A stretch of 64,000 bases of DNA from Bdellovibrionales bacterium (GTDB lineage Bacteria; Bdellovibrionota; Bdellovibrionia; Bdellovibrionales; JAUICD01), in assembly GCA_965203275.1 (NCBI GenBank), contig OZ241865.1:1216001-1280000 (forward strand), read 5' to 3'. Both the position numbers and the translations under genes were made by a program. Position 1 is the first letter of the stretch; every line of letters begins with the position of its first letter. This document shows positions 1 through 10,378 of this stretch, piece after piece. The notes beneath the pieces were generated by a model. The model was not told where the DNA came from. It did not search any database and saw only the letters and a list, made by a program, of their open reading frames with translations.

Positions 1-834
<834 letters not shown>

Positions 835-848
835 CTAACTATTGAATG

Positions 849-1166
849 TTAATGTTTATTGATTATTCCTAAGACATCATCTTCACGGATCATTAAATAT
901 TCCTTCCCTTTGAGTTTTAACTCTGTACCAGAATATTTACTAAACAGAATTTGATCACCACTTTTAACTTCTAAAGGTAAACACTTCCCATCTTCGGTTT
1001 TTCTACCAGAGCCAACAGCAATGACACAACCTTCTTGAGGTTTCTCTTTAGCTGTTTCTGGAATGTAAATACCTCCAGCTGTTTTTTCTTCCTCTGATAA
1101 TCGCTGTATTAAAAGACGATCATGCAAAGGACGAACTCCAATATTAGTAGATACATTTTCGTTCAT
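849..1166 (-). CDS. groES: Co-chaperonin GroES
   Basis: RPLHDRLLI...KTAGGIYIPETAKEKPQEG...FSKYSGTE; adjacent to groEL. Confidence 0.98.
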   Translation of the reverse strand: MNENVSTNIGVRPLHDRLLIQRLSEEEKTAGGIYIPETAKEKPQEGCVIAVGSGRKTEDGKCLPLEVKSGDQILFSKYSGTELKLKGKEYLMIREDDVLGIINKH

Positions 1167-1552
1167 CTTTGAACCTCCTTTTTAAAATAAATTAAATGGC
1201 TGAAATTAATCCCTAAATTATTCCTTAAATTATTTAGAGGCTATGAGTGGCTTTTTATGAAATGAAGCCACTTAAGCACCTCTTTGATAATGAGCAATAT
1301 TGTGATAAAGGCTATAATGTCAAGAGATAAATTGATTTTTTTTAAAAAATGAAGCAAAGCATATAAAATCAAAAGCTTTTTTAACATTATGTGTTAAAAA
1401 ATTCTGTAGATCTGTAGAAAAATTAAATGCGATGAAATGAAAAAGGGACACTTTTTGTCACTATGAAGGACCATTTTGAGTTCTTTTAAAACTTAAACTG
1501 AGCTGATCTGCAAATAAAAGCACTTTCATTTTATTTAAGCGGTATAGAATAT

Positions 1553-1568
1553 TGGCATTGTCTTTGCA
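1553..1568 (+). promoter_or_regulatory. Putative sigma54 (-24/-12) promoter
   Basis: TGGCATTGTCTTTGCA: GG at 1554-55 and GC at 1566-67, exact -24/-12 spacing. Confidence 0.55.
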
Positions 1569-1578
1569 ATTAATAAAA

Positions 1579-1645
1579 GTAACCCTAACGAAAACCCCCT
1601 TACCCCTCAAGCCAGATGTCCCCTCCATCTGGCTTTCTTTTTTTC
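1579..1645 (+). ncRNA. Candidate C-rich small RNA ending in an intrinsic terminator
   Basis: Lies between the sigma54-like promoter and a perfect 10-bp hairpin (AAGCCAGATG-tcccctc-CATCTGGCTT, 1609-1635) plus T-run; four CCC(C)T motifs. Confidence 0.45.
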
Positions 1646-1844
1646 TTCTGTCATTTCCTCAAAAAGTGATTTATATGTTGTGAGGCTAACCGTGGAGTAT
1701 CGGCCCACAAGGCCAGGATTGACTTTTAGAATAATTGGTCCAGTTTTTCGTCTCATAATCATCCCTCTTGAAAAAACTACTTGCAAACAAGACAGGAGTA
1801 TACGAGTATAGACCTGTCTTTATTTTCCCGTCTAAGACAATACT

Positions 1845-1876
1845 AAAAAACCCTGCTTGATTGCAGGTTTTTTTTT
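1845..1876. terminator. Probable intrinsic terminator
   Basis: AAAAAACCCTGC-ttgatt-GCAGGTTTTTTTTT hairpin with A and T tails. Confidence 0.5.
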
Positions 1877-2214
1877 GATTATTTCCAAATTTTGATTTTT
1901 ACTTAATCAATATTTAAAGTTTTGTTATCCACTACGTGCCTGCTAAACCGGATGATTGATATTTGTGTTAATTTTGATATAGAATTTTCATAATGATAGA
2001 TTGTTATATGTTTACTTTTTTGTTTTGAATAATCAGACTCAAAGTGATGGGAGTATTTGGTTATGGATAAAACTCAAAAGTCTAAAAGAAAGACAATCAA
2101 GTATCATCCAGTTGGTTTAATAGAATGGTTTGTAAAGTTTCGATGTTTGAGACTTCAAAGAAGGCATGGCAATCAATATAAGAGTAAGGATTGATATGTG
2201 AGACAAATATAGAA

Positions 2215-2349
2215 TTAGTATTCTGTAGCTCCGGCCTCTTTTAATAGTTTTTCAATATCTATACGACCTTTCCGGCTTGCATACATTAAAGCCGTCCAGC
2301 TTCTGTTGTCTTGAAGATAGACCTTAGCATTAGTATAGACATTGCAAGA
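2215..2349 (-). pseudogene. Chimeric remnant: hexapeptide repeat fused to an ankyrin C-terminal fragment
   Basis: Manual translation VYTNAKVYLQDNRSWTALMYASRKGRIDIEKLLKEAGATEY*, with no start before the fragment; the end matches the AGATE* terminus of 3284..3910. Confidence 0.7.
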
Positions 2350-2842
2350 TTAAGATACAGAAAGAGCTGGTAGTACCCCACCATATCCTAAAATTGCCAG
2401 AGAGTCTGACACGCCCATAGATTCTAGCACTGCCAGAGAGCCGAGCATTGTCATAGACTCTAACATAATCATAGACTTCAGCTTCACCATAAACCCTAGC
2501 ATAATCATAGACTTCAGCTTCACCATAAACCCTAGCATAATCATAGACCAGAGCATAATCATAGACCTTAGCTTCACCATAAACCTGAGCATTGCCCCAA
2601 ACTCTAGCATAGTCAAAAACTTGAGCATTGCCAAAGACCTGAGCATTGTCACAAACAGCAACATGCTCTCCTACATAAGCCGTATTAGCTACATAAGCTG
2701 TATTTGCTACAAACCCGCCACCATTGGCATGGTAACGGCCTTCAACGCCTTCACCACAAGGTGCGTCTGCTAAAGCAAATACACTCAATGACATACTCAA
2801 TAAACACACTATGATCATCACATTTACATTTATAAAATTCAT
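2330..2842 (-). CDS. Secreted hexapeptide-repeat (left-handed beta-helix-like) protein
   Basis: Signal-like N-terminus; AxVxGN/AxVYDY hexapeptides encoded by 18/36-bp tandem DNA repeats. Confidence 0.8.
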   Translation of the reverse strand: MNFINVNVMIIVCLLSMSLSVFALADAPCGEGVEGRYHANGGGFVANTAYVANTAYVGEHVAVCDNAQVFGNAQVFDYARVWGNAQVYGEAKVYDYALVYDYARVYGEAEVYDYARVYGEAEVYDYVRVYDNARLSGSARIYGRVRLSGNFRIWWGTTSSFCILILQCLY

Positions 2843-2908
2843 AAGTTATCCTTCTTATTATTTATTTTATAACAGCATATTTCTGAAAAGTCAAGTCGTA
2901 TTTATTTT

Positions 2909-3058
2909 CACTAAAAATAAACCAGCCTCTGGCTGTTTTTGGGCAATTAGCCCGACGGCTGTCGCCGTCGATAAAAGGCTGATTGCCTCAAAAATCCGTT
3001 TATTTTTAGTAGGAAGAATCCTCTCGTTTTTTAACTCCATGTTAAGGAAAATTTTCCT
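2909..3058 (-). repeat. Structured interspersed element, one complete copy
   Basis: ACTAAAAATAAAC...GTTTATTTTTAGT outer stem, CCTCTGG hairpin, long bulged hairpin, TGTTAAGGAAAA end. Confidence 0.9.
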
Positions 3059-3283
3059 TATAAAAAACTATGGAAATATAGGGCTTTTGACTTACTTAAG
3101 GATGTTCCTATCCGCTTTTTTTACTTAATTCTTAAAAACTGCTTGACTTCGGCCCTAAATAAATAAGATATAATTACAAACATTATCAAGGTTTACTTCT
3201 AAAACATAGAAAAAGCCCTTTTAATCAAGGCTTTAACCTTGTATGTACTTTATTGTTATTTAATTTAAAAGGAGGGCCAAACA

Positions 3284-3910
3284 ATGAGAAATTTATTTTT
3301 ATTTTTATCTTTATTTTTATCCATGGTTGCATGTCAAAAGGTTGAAGGAACACAGCTTTATTTTCATGAACCTCTAAATATCCATACGAATTTAATACAT
3401 GCTAGTAAAGATGGAGATATAGAGGATGTAAGGAAATACCTAGAAAATGGTGCTAACGTCAATTATCAAAGTATATATGGCTGGACGGCTTTAATTTGGG
3501 CCAGTTTTGAAGTCCATATAGAAATTGTAAGGTTCTTGCTAGAGGCCGGAGTTGACGTCGATATTCAAAGCAACAAAGGCTGGACGGCTTTAATGTGGGC
3601 TAGCTACTTTGGTAATATTGAGATTGTAAGGTTATTGCTAGAGGCCGGAGCGGATGTCAATATTCAAAGAAAAATTGGCAGACACGTTTTTAGCGATAGG
3701 GCTTTAAATAGCGGTAGGGCTTTAGTTGGCGGTACGGCTTTAGTTGATGCTAGTCGTGGATGCCATATTGAGATTGTAAGGGCATTGCTAGCGGCCGGAG
3801 CTAAAGTCAATATGCCAGACCAAAAAGGCAAGACGGCTTTATGGTCGGCTAATAAAGCAGGCTGTGTTGAGGTTGTAAGGTTATTGCTAGCGGCCGGAGC
3901 TACAGAATAA
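3284..3910 (+). CDS. Ankyrin-repeat lipoprotein
   Basis: AGGAGG RBS; lipobox MVAC; about 5 GxTALxxAxxxGxxEIVRxLLxAGAxVN repeats. Confidence 0.92.
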   Translation: MRNLFLFLSLFLSMVACQKVEGTQLYFHEPLNIHTNLIHASKDGDIEDVRKYLENGANVNYQSIYGWTALIWASFEVHIEIVRFLLEAGVDVDIQSNKGWTALMWASYFGNIEIVRLLLEAGADVNIQRKIGRHVFSDRALNSGRALVGGTALVDASRGCHIEIVRALLAAGAKVNMPDQKGKTALWSANKAGCVEVVRLLLAAGATE

Positions 3911-4039
3911 CTATCTGTTTAATAAGAATATACGGGCCGTAGCAAGCGGCCTTTATACTCCATCATGCTTAAACTTTAAAATTAATCGGCTTTTGAGGTT
4001 ACGCAGAATCTGAGAAAGAATAAAAAAACAAAAAAAGAA

Positions 4040-4215
4040 ACTCTTTTTCCTTAACATGTGGTCAAGAGACGAAGGGATCCTCCCCTACTAAAAGTAAACG
4101 GATTTTTGAGGTTGCCAGCATTTGAGAAGGCGATAGCCTTCGGCTGGCAACCAGAAAGTGACCAGAGGTCAGACCACTTTTAGTGAAAATGACGGCTAGT
4201 TTACTTTTAGTGAAA
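4040..4215 (+). repeat. Structured element copy plus an extra stacked 3' arm
   Basis: TTTTTCCTTAACA start; GTTGCCAGC..GAAGGC-GATA-GCCTTC..GCTGGCAAC hairpin; TGACC-AGA-GGTCA. Confidence 0.9.
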
Positions 4216-4363
4216 GAAATAATTTAATAATTACAATGCCTTCGTGGCATCTTAAATTATTCTTGAAAAGTAGCTGGTCTCTTGTTATATACATAGTTTA
4301 TAAATCAATGAAACAAAGAATTAAAAAGTTTTTACTACTTTACAAGTACAAGAGATTTTTACT

Positions 4364-5533
4364 ATGAGTGTCAGAGTTAAAATTAACCCAGAACTTTTAC
4401 AGTGGGCTTGTCAGCGAGCTGGCCTCAAAATTAAAGATCTAGGCCAAAAAGCATCTTTTAAAAAATTACCTGAATGGGAAAAAGGCACAACTCAACCCAC
4501 ATTTAAACAAATAGAAGCTTTTGCTAAAGCTACCTATGTACCCGTTGGATATTTGTTTCTTAAAAAACCACCTCTCAGAGAAGAAGTGCCTGTGCCTGAT
4601 TTACGTACTATAAAAAACAAATCAGTCATGCGTCCTAGCCCTCATTTGCTTAGTACAATCTATTTACATCAACAAAGGCAATATTGGTATCAGAAATTTT
4701 TAGCCTCTGCAGGTTATAAACCTTTAAAATTTATCGGCTCTGCCAGGATAAAAGATTCTATTGAAAAAACAGCCACGATGATGCGTCAAACTTTGAAATT
4801 TGATCTTAAAGCACGGGAAGACACTCCCACATGGGAAGAAGCTTTAACCTTATTTGTAAAACAAATGGATGATATTGGTATTTTAGTCATGATCAATGGT
4901 GTGGTAGGCAATGATTCTTCTCGTAAACTTGATGTGAAAGAATTTAGAGGATTTGCCTTAAGTGATCACCTAGCACCATTGGTATTTATTAATGGCCAAG
5001 ATTTCAAGTCTGCTCAAATGTTTACCTTAGCCCATGAAATGGCACATATTTGGCTTGGTAAAAGTTCTTTAAATAATACTACTTTAGATAGTCATCCAAA
5101 CCAAGAAATCGAAGTTTGGTGCAATAAAGTAGCTGCAGAATTTCTAGTTCCGCTAAAGGCTCTTAAAAAAGAAAATATTAAAAGTCATCCTCTCGAATCT
5201 GTACCTCAACTCAGTAAGAGGTATAAGACAAGCCATTTAGTCATAATACGTAGATTATTTGATGCTAAATATATCACAAGAGAAGCATTTGATAAAGCTT
5301 ATACTCAACGGCTCAGTCAATTGGGAAATCAAATGAAATTGAAAAATAAAAACCAAAAAGGTGGTGGTGATTTTTATCAAACAATGAACAAACGAGTAGG
5401 TCAACGTTTTATGCATAATTTAGTAACGTCTACACTAGAAGGAAATACTTTATTCACAGAAGCATTTGATTTACTTAATATCACAAGCACTTCTACTTTT
5501 ATGAAAATTGCAAAGAAACTAGGATTAGAATAA
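4364..5533 (+). CDS. XRE HTH + ImmA/IrrE-family Zn metallopeptidase
   Basis: N-terminal HTH (WEKGTTQPTFKQIEAFAK); FTLAHEMAH HExxH motif; EVWCNKVAAEFLVP. Confidence 0.9.
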   Translation: MSVRVKINPELLQWACQRAGLKIKDLGQKASFKKLPEWEKGTTQPTFKQIEAFAKATYVPVGYLFLKKPPLREEVPVPDLRTIKNKSVMRPSPHLLSTIYLHQQRQYWYQKFLASAGYKPLKFIGSARIKDSIEKTATMMRQTLKFDLKAREDTPTWEEALTLFVKQMDDIGILVMINGVVGNDSSRKLDVKEFRGFALSDHLAPLVFINGQDFKSAQMFTLAHEMAHIWLGKSSLNNTTLDSHPNQEIEVWCNKVAAEFLVPLKALKKENIKSHPLESVPQLSKRYKTSHLVIIRRLFDAKYITREAFDKAYTQRLSQLGNQMKLKNKNQKGGGDFYQTMNKRVGQRFMHNLVTSTLEGNTLFTEAFDLLNITSTSTFMKIAKKLGLE

Positions 5534-5534
5534 A

Positions 5535-5735
5535 ATGACTTATTTAATAGACACCAATGTCTTTATTGATGCAAAAAACCGCTTTTATGGATTTGATATT
5601 TGCCCTGCTTTTTGGGATTGGCTTGTTTTAAAAAACAAAGAAGGAGTACTCTTCAGCATTGAAAAAGTCAGAGATGAAATAAATAAAGAGGAAGATCAAC
5701 TATTTAAATGGATAAAAACTGAAGGGAAAAGATGA
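5535..5735 (+). pseudogene. Truncated DUF4411/PIN-domain protein
   Basis: MTYLIDTNVFIDAKNRFYGFDICPAFWDWL start, the usual partner of XRE-ImmA; ORF ends at 66 aa exactly where repeat sequence begins. Confidence 0.8.
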
Positions 5736-6031
5736 AGAGATCCTCCTTACTAAAAGTAAACGGACTTTTGAGGTTGCCAGCAGGTGATGAAAGAACTTTT
5801 TCCTTAACATGCTGTTAAGAAACGAAGGGATCCTCCTTACTAAAAGTAAACGGACTTTTGAGGTTGCCAGCAGGTGATGAAAGAACTTTTTCCTTAACAT
5901 AATGTTAAAAAATGAGGACATCCTCCTTCCTAAAATTGAACAGGCTTTTGAGGCAGTTAGCCTTTGATCGACGGCGGTAGCCGTCGGGCTAACTGCCCAA
6001 AAGTAGCCAGAGGCTAGTTCAATTTTAGGGA
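5730..6031 (+). repeat. Structured element cluster (90-bp tandem duplication of a partial copy plus one full copy)
   Basis: Near-identical blocks at 5734 and 5824; full copy overlaps the etfA stop codon. Confidence 0.9.
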
Positions 6032-7015
6032 AATAGACCTGAAAGCTTTTGTAATTAAAGGGAGTATTTCAAGTGCATCACCACAAATACCATAAGTAGC
6101 TTTTTTAAAGATAGCTGCCTCAGAGTTTTTATTAACAGCTACAATGACTCGGCTAGAACTCATGCCTGCTAAATGTTGAATGGCTCCAGAAATACCAAAT
6201 GCTATGTAAAGATGAGGTGAGACAGTTTTGCCTGTTTGACCTACCTGCATGGAATGATCAACCCATCCATCATCTACAACAGCTCTTGAAGCCCCTACAC
6301 TAGCCCCTATCACGTCAGCTAGTTCTTCTAATAATTTAAAATTTTCTGCTTTTTGTAACCCTCGACCTCCAGAGACAATAATATTAGCTTGAGTTAAATC
6401 AGGACGCTTCATATCAGACTGAACAGTCTTTTTAAAAATAATCTTTGAAGAAATATTTAAAGGTTCTATTTGTTGCACTTGAGGTTGATCTGTACTGTGA
6501 GGTTCCGGTACCGGAAACTGATGAGGTCTCATCACAGCTATTTTAACCTTTCTTTTAAGGTCTAATCTAGCAGAACACTTACCCGCATATAAAGGTTTCC
6601 TTACCCATAAAGTACCATCTTTTACACCTAAATCTATAGCGTCATTGGCAAAACTAGCATCAGCTAAAGCAGCTACCCTAGGAAATAAATCTTTAGCAGT
6701 AGAAGTTCCTGAAGCTAAAATCAAATCAGCATTGGTTTCTTTTATTATTTTTTGCATGACTTCTGATAAAATCTCAGGATTATAGTAGGTCAAGCTAGGA
6801 TCATTATAAAAAATAACCTTTTCGACACCGTAACCACTGAGTACTTTTGTGATCTGATCATGATCTTCATTATGATGTGTGGCAACAAAGGCAATAGGTT
6901 TGGCATCTATTGTTTTGACCAAAGAGAAAAGTTCTAAAGAAACTGGTTTAATCACCTGTTTTGATTCCCCTAAAGGGGTAGAATGACTTTCTATAAAAAT
7001 TAAAACTTTATTCAT
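6014..7015 (-). CDS. etfA: Electron transfer flavoprotein alpha subunit
   Basis: IIVSGGRGL, VGASRAVVD, QVGQTGKTVSP, GISGAIQHLAGM; start placed at 7015 after an AAGGAG RBS. Confidence 0.96.
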   Translation of the reverse strand: MNKVLIFIESHSTPLGESKQVIKPVSLELFSLVKTIDAKPIAFVATHHNEDHDQITKVLSGYGVEKVIFYNDPSLTYYNPEILSEVMQKIIKETNADLILASGTSTAKDLFPRVAALADASFANDAIDLGVKDGTLWVRKPLYAGKCSARLDLKRKVKIAVMRPHQFPVPEPHSTDQPQVQQIEPLNISSKIIFKKTVQSDMKRPDLTQANIIVSGGRGLQKAENFKLLEELADVIGASVGASRAVVDDGWVDHSMQVGQTGKTVSPHLYIAFGISGAIQHLAGMSSSRVIVAVNKNSEAAIFKKATYGICGDALEILPLITKAFRSISLKLN

Positions 7016-7068
7016 ATAAAACTCCTTTAACACAGTCTATTAAATGATCTTGAACTGTTTTTATTGAC

Positions 7069-8784
7069 TTAGTCAAAAAAGAACTTTTTAAGGAAAGTTT
7101 TGGTTTTTTGGTAAAAAGTTTTTTTAGATGAACGACGTATAATTTTATGAGATGTTTTTTTACGAGAGTCTTTTTTTTGTGCAGTAGTATAAGTTTTCTT
7201 TCTCTTGTTAGAGATGCCTTGCTTATGTCTGCCTAAAACACGATCTCTATGAACACCCTGTTTTTGATAAGATGATCTTCTTGTTGACATACTTTGTCCT
7301 TGTGATGATGATTTGCGTTTATATTTTTCTTCTTCTGATGTTTTTTTGCCCTTTCCCTTTTGAGAAGTACCCTCTAAGCTTTCAGAAGCAACATTAGGTA
7401 AAGCTGTGTAATGATCAGGAAATGCTTTAAAATCTTGTATGATCTCATCATCTTCTAGCCAACCTACTGTTACTTTATTCTTAAGGTAATTTTCAATTCT
7501 CATAAGAGATTCTATATCTTTTTCACTAGCTAAACTAATAGCCTGCCCTGCCCTGCCTGCCCTGCCTGTTCTTCCCATGCGATGAACGTAATTTTCTGGA
7601 TATTCAGGAAGATCAAAATTGACGACAAGGTCTACTTCTTTAATATCTAAACCTCTAGCAGCCACATCAGTAGCCACTAAAATGCTTTGTTTTTGTGCTG
7701 ATTTAAAATGCTCTATAACTTGTTTCCTTTGATTTTGAGGTAAAAGGCTAGACATGCCCACTGTTTGATAACCATTTTCATTTAAAAAGTGTACAATCCG
7801 ACCAATATGATTTTTAAAATTACTAAAGACAATAGCTTGCTTAGGTTGAAATTTTTTAAAAATAGATAGTAGATACTGAGGTTTTTCTTCTGTACCAATA
7901 TGATAAACTTGGTCGTCAATGTTTTCTGCTTTAACATCATCACGGCTAAAATTAAATTCTATGGGATTAGCTCCAAATTGATAGACCATTTGATTGACAT
8001 CAAAGTTCAATGTAGCACTAAAGAGTAAAATTTGACGAGTCTTAGACATGCGATAGAGCAAGAACTGCATATCATCTTTAAAACCCATATCAAACATTCT
8101 GTCTGCTTCATCAAAGACAACCCCACAGCATTGTTTAAGATCTATAAAATGTTGTTTGTAAAGGTCAATTAATCGACCTGGCGTGCTGACAATAAATTCA
8201 AAAGGAGAAGTCAATTGCTCTTTTTGTGTTTCGTATCCCGAACCTCCATAGATTAAGACTGATCTGATTTGAGTATCTCCTTTTAACCTTTGAATATCTT
8301 CGTGGACCTGTTGTGCTAACTCTCTTGTAGGGACCATAATCAAGATAAAATGCCCCTTTTTCCAGTGAGGATAAACTCTTTGAAGAAGTTGATCTTGAAT
8401 ATCTTTATCAGGAGCTTGATCTGGAGATGTTTGAGAAGCTTTATTTTGTTCTACCTGAGGTCCTATTTGAGGTTCTATCTGGGATTCTATTTGGGGTTCT
8501 GCCCGAGGTTCTGCCCGAGGTTCTATTTGAGGCTTATCCTTAGAAGTATCATCTTTATCATCTGTACGGTCATAAATATTATGAACAGACAAAAAAACTC
8601 TTTCAATCAAAGGGATCAAAAAGGCTGCTGTCTTACCTGTCCCTGTTTGAGATAATCCATAAACATCTTTACCTTCTAAAATTAAAGGGATTATAGCTTC
8701 TTGAACAGGTGTACATTCTTTAAAGTCAGAAGATCGAATGCCACTTAAAACTTCTTCTGATAAACTCAACTCTTCAAACTTCAT
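7069..8784 (-). CDS. DEAD-box RNA helicase (RhlB/RhlE-like)
   Basis: Q motif, TGTGKT, PTRELA, TPGRL, DEAD, SAT, ARGLD, HRMGRTGR; basic C-terminal tail. Confidence 0.96.
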   Translation of the reverse strand: MKFEELSLSEEVLSGIRSSDFKECTPVQEAIIPLILEGKDVYGLSQTGTGKTAAFLIPLIERVFLSVHNIYDRTDDKDDTSKDKPQIEPRAEPRAEPQIESQIEPQIGPQVEQNKASQTSPDQAPDKDIQDQLLQRVYPHWKKGHFILIMVPTRELAQQVHEDIQRLKGDTQIRSVLIYGGSGYETQKEQLTSPFEFIVSTPGRLIDLYKQHFIDLKQCCGVVFDEADRMFDMGFKDDMQFLLYRMSKTRQILLFSATLNFDVNQMVYQFGANPIEFNFSRDDVKAENIDDQVYHIGTEEKPQYLLSIFKKFQPKQAIVFSNFKNHIGRIVHFLNENGYQTVGMSSLLPQNQRKQVIEHFKSAQKQSILVATDVAARGLDIKEVDLVVNFDLPEYPENYVHRMGRTGRAGRAGQAISLASEKDIESLMRIENYLKNKVTVGWLEDDEIIQDFKAFPDHYTALPNVASESLEGTSQKGKGKKTSEEEKYKRKSSSQGQSMSTRRSSYQKQGVHRDRVLGRHKQGISNKRKKTYTTAQKKDSRKKTSHKIIRRSSKKTFYQKTKTFLKKFFFD

Positions 8785-9003
8785 AATCTACCTCTGATTT
8801 TTAGATTGTGATTGTGTTTATATTTTAGAATTTTAAGAAAAAAAGACTATCTTTGTTTATAACTCTAAGATTTTTAATTGTCAAAAGATAAAATAATGTT
8901 TGTGTGTATACGGCTAACAAATGGTGTTGTGACATAAATAATATACAACAAAGAGTAAAATGAATAGTCATTTAATTTCTTTTGTATTAAAGTACACCTT
9001 AAT

Positions 9004-10275
9004 ATGAATGGAAAAATACCTATTGATTCAAGTTTACAAAAGCAGTTACTTATTGTAGCTCTTTACGGACGGGGACATTGGCTAGCCTCTGAATGCCAAA
9101 AAATGGGTTATGATGTAGCTCTATTAGATCTGACACATTTGATCAATGATTGGTCTGTAGAGGATCAAGAAGGGCCTTTTGGAGTATTTGCTTCTAAGCA
9201 ACATACATCTTCTCAGATGGCTCGTTTGACGGATGAAGGCCCCTTGATTTTAAGTGATCGAGGATATGTGATTTGGTTAAAATCAGGGCCACTGGAACTA
9301 AAAGGCCCCTTAGGGGATTTTCAGCTTCAAAATGCTTGTATCTCTGACAAAGTGATTGAGTATTTGCGTTTTGCAGAAAGTTTATCTGCATCTGAAAGGT
9401 CAGGTTTTTTATCTCACATCAAGAAATTATCATTTGAAGAAAATTGGCTTGCTCATTTAGCTCATCAGATCAGTGCATCGACCTTAATGGAAAACACAAG
9501 AGGTCTTACCTTTGGTAAAGTCATTCCTTTGATGAACTCTTTTTATCATAGAAGCTTTCATAAGACTAGCCTTCACAAAACTGTTTTTCATAAAAAAGCA
9601 TATCAAGAAGACTCTTCTTTGTTTTTGTCCGCAGTTAAAAAGAGGTTACATTTAGATGTAAATCAATCTTTTCTTGAGGTTCAATATCAAAAAAACAAAC
9701 GCATTAAAGCTCAACAGGTCATTTGGATGTTGTCCTCTTGTGAAACAGAATTTTACTTTAAAGAGAGTGCTAGTGTGTTATTTCCAAAGGGGGTGATTAC
9801 CCCCGAATGTTATTGGACAAGATATCGCATGCGTTTTGAGAAAGCTCTTGCTTTAGAATCTTTGCCGGGTCATTTTGTAATGATAGAAGATATTTATTTG
9901 CCTTGGATGCATGACAATTTAAGTTTTGTACAGAGACAAGCCTTAGATATTATAGATGTTTGGATTAGATTGCCTTATACACAAAGAGGAGAGAAGGATT
10001 ATGTTCAACATTATGGTCAATGTGTGCAGAAGCAACTAGAGGAGAAAATTCCTGGTTGTGTTTTGAGTATTCAGGATTGGCCGAAGGATGTGCAAACAAA
10101 TCCAGAAGTTCTAGGGCCAAGTGTATTTGGTGTGTATAACCTCAAGGAGAGACATAATTTAGAGAGGTCTAGTTTAAAAAACATGATTTTTGAAGGGCCA
10201 GAAATATGGACTTCTTTAAGTTGGAATGGTCAATTCAGATCATGTCAAAAAACTTTACAAAAGATGATCCATTGA
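9004..10275 (+). CDS. Hypothetical protein
   Basis: 423-aa ORF; no motif recognised. Confidence 0.75.
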   Translation: MNGKIPIDSSLQKQLLIVALYGRGHWLASECQKMGYDVALLDLTHLINDWSVEDQEGPFGVFASKQHTSSQMARLTDEGPLILSDRGYVIWLKSGPLELKGPLGDFQLQNACISDKVIEYLRFAESLSASERSGFLSHIKKLSFEENWLAHLAHQISASTLMENTRGLTFGKVIPLMNSFYHRSFHKTSLHKTVFHKKAYQEDSSLFLSAVKKRLHLDVNQSFLEVQYQKNKRIKAQQVIWMLSSCETEFYFKESASVLFPKGVITPECYWTRYRMRFEKALALESLPGHFVMIEDIYLPWMHDNLSFVQRQALDIIDVWIRLPYTQRGEKDYVQHYGQCVQKQLEEKIPGCVLSIQDWPKDVQTNPEVLGPSVFGVYNLKERHNLERSSLKNMIFEGPEIWTSLSWNGQFRSCQKTLQKMIH

Positions 10276-10378
10276 CTTTTAGCTTAAAAAAGCTCAAACT
10301 AGGGAAATATTAAAAACATAAATATATCTATACTTCAGATGAAAGACTCGTCTTGTTTAAACCTATAAAATTTATATT

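Noticed and set aside
1272..1300. CIRCE-like motif upstream of groES (AAGCACCTC-N9-GAGCAATAT)
   Set aside because: Spacing fits but too many mismatches to TTAGCACTC-N9-GAGTGCTAA
1925..1934. DnaA-box-like TTATCCACT as an oriC sign
   Set aside because: Single imperfect box with no cluster or origin gene context
2909..3058. Element as an integron attC, hammerhead ribozyme, group II intron fragment or retron ncRNA
   Set aside because: No RYYYAAC/GTTRRRY boxes closing the long stem, no CUGAUGA core, no domain V motif, and no intI or RT in the window; only a loose analogy remains
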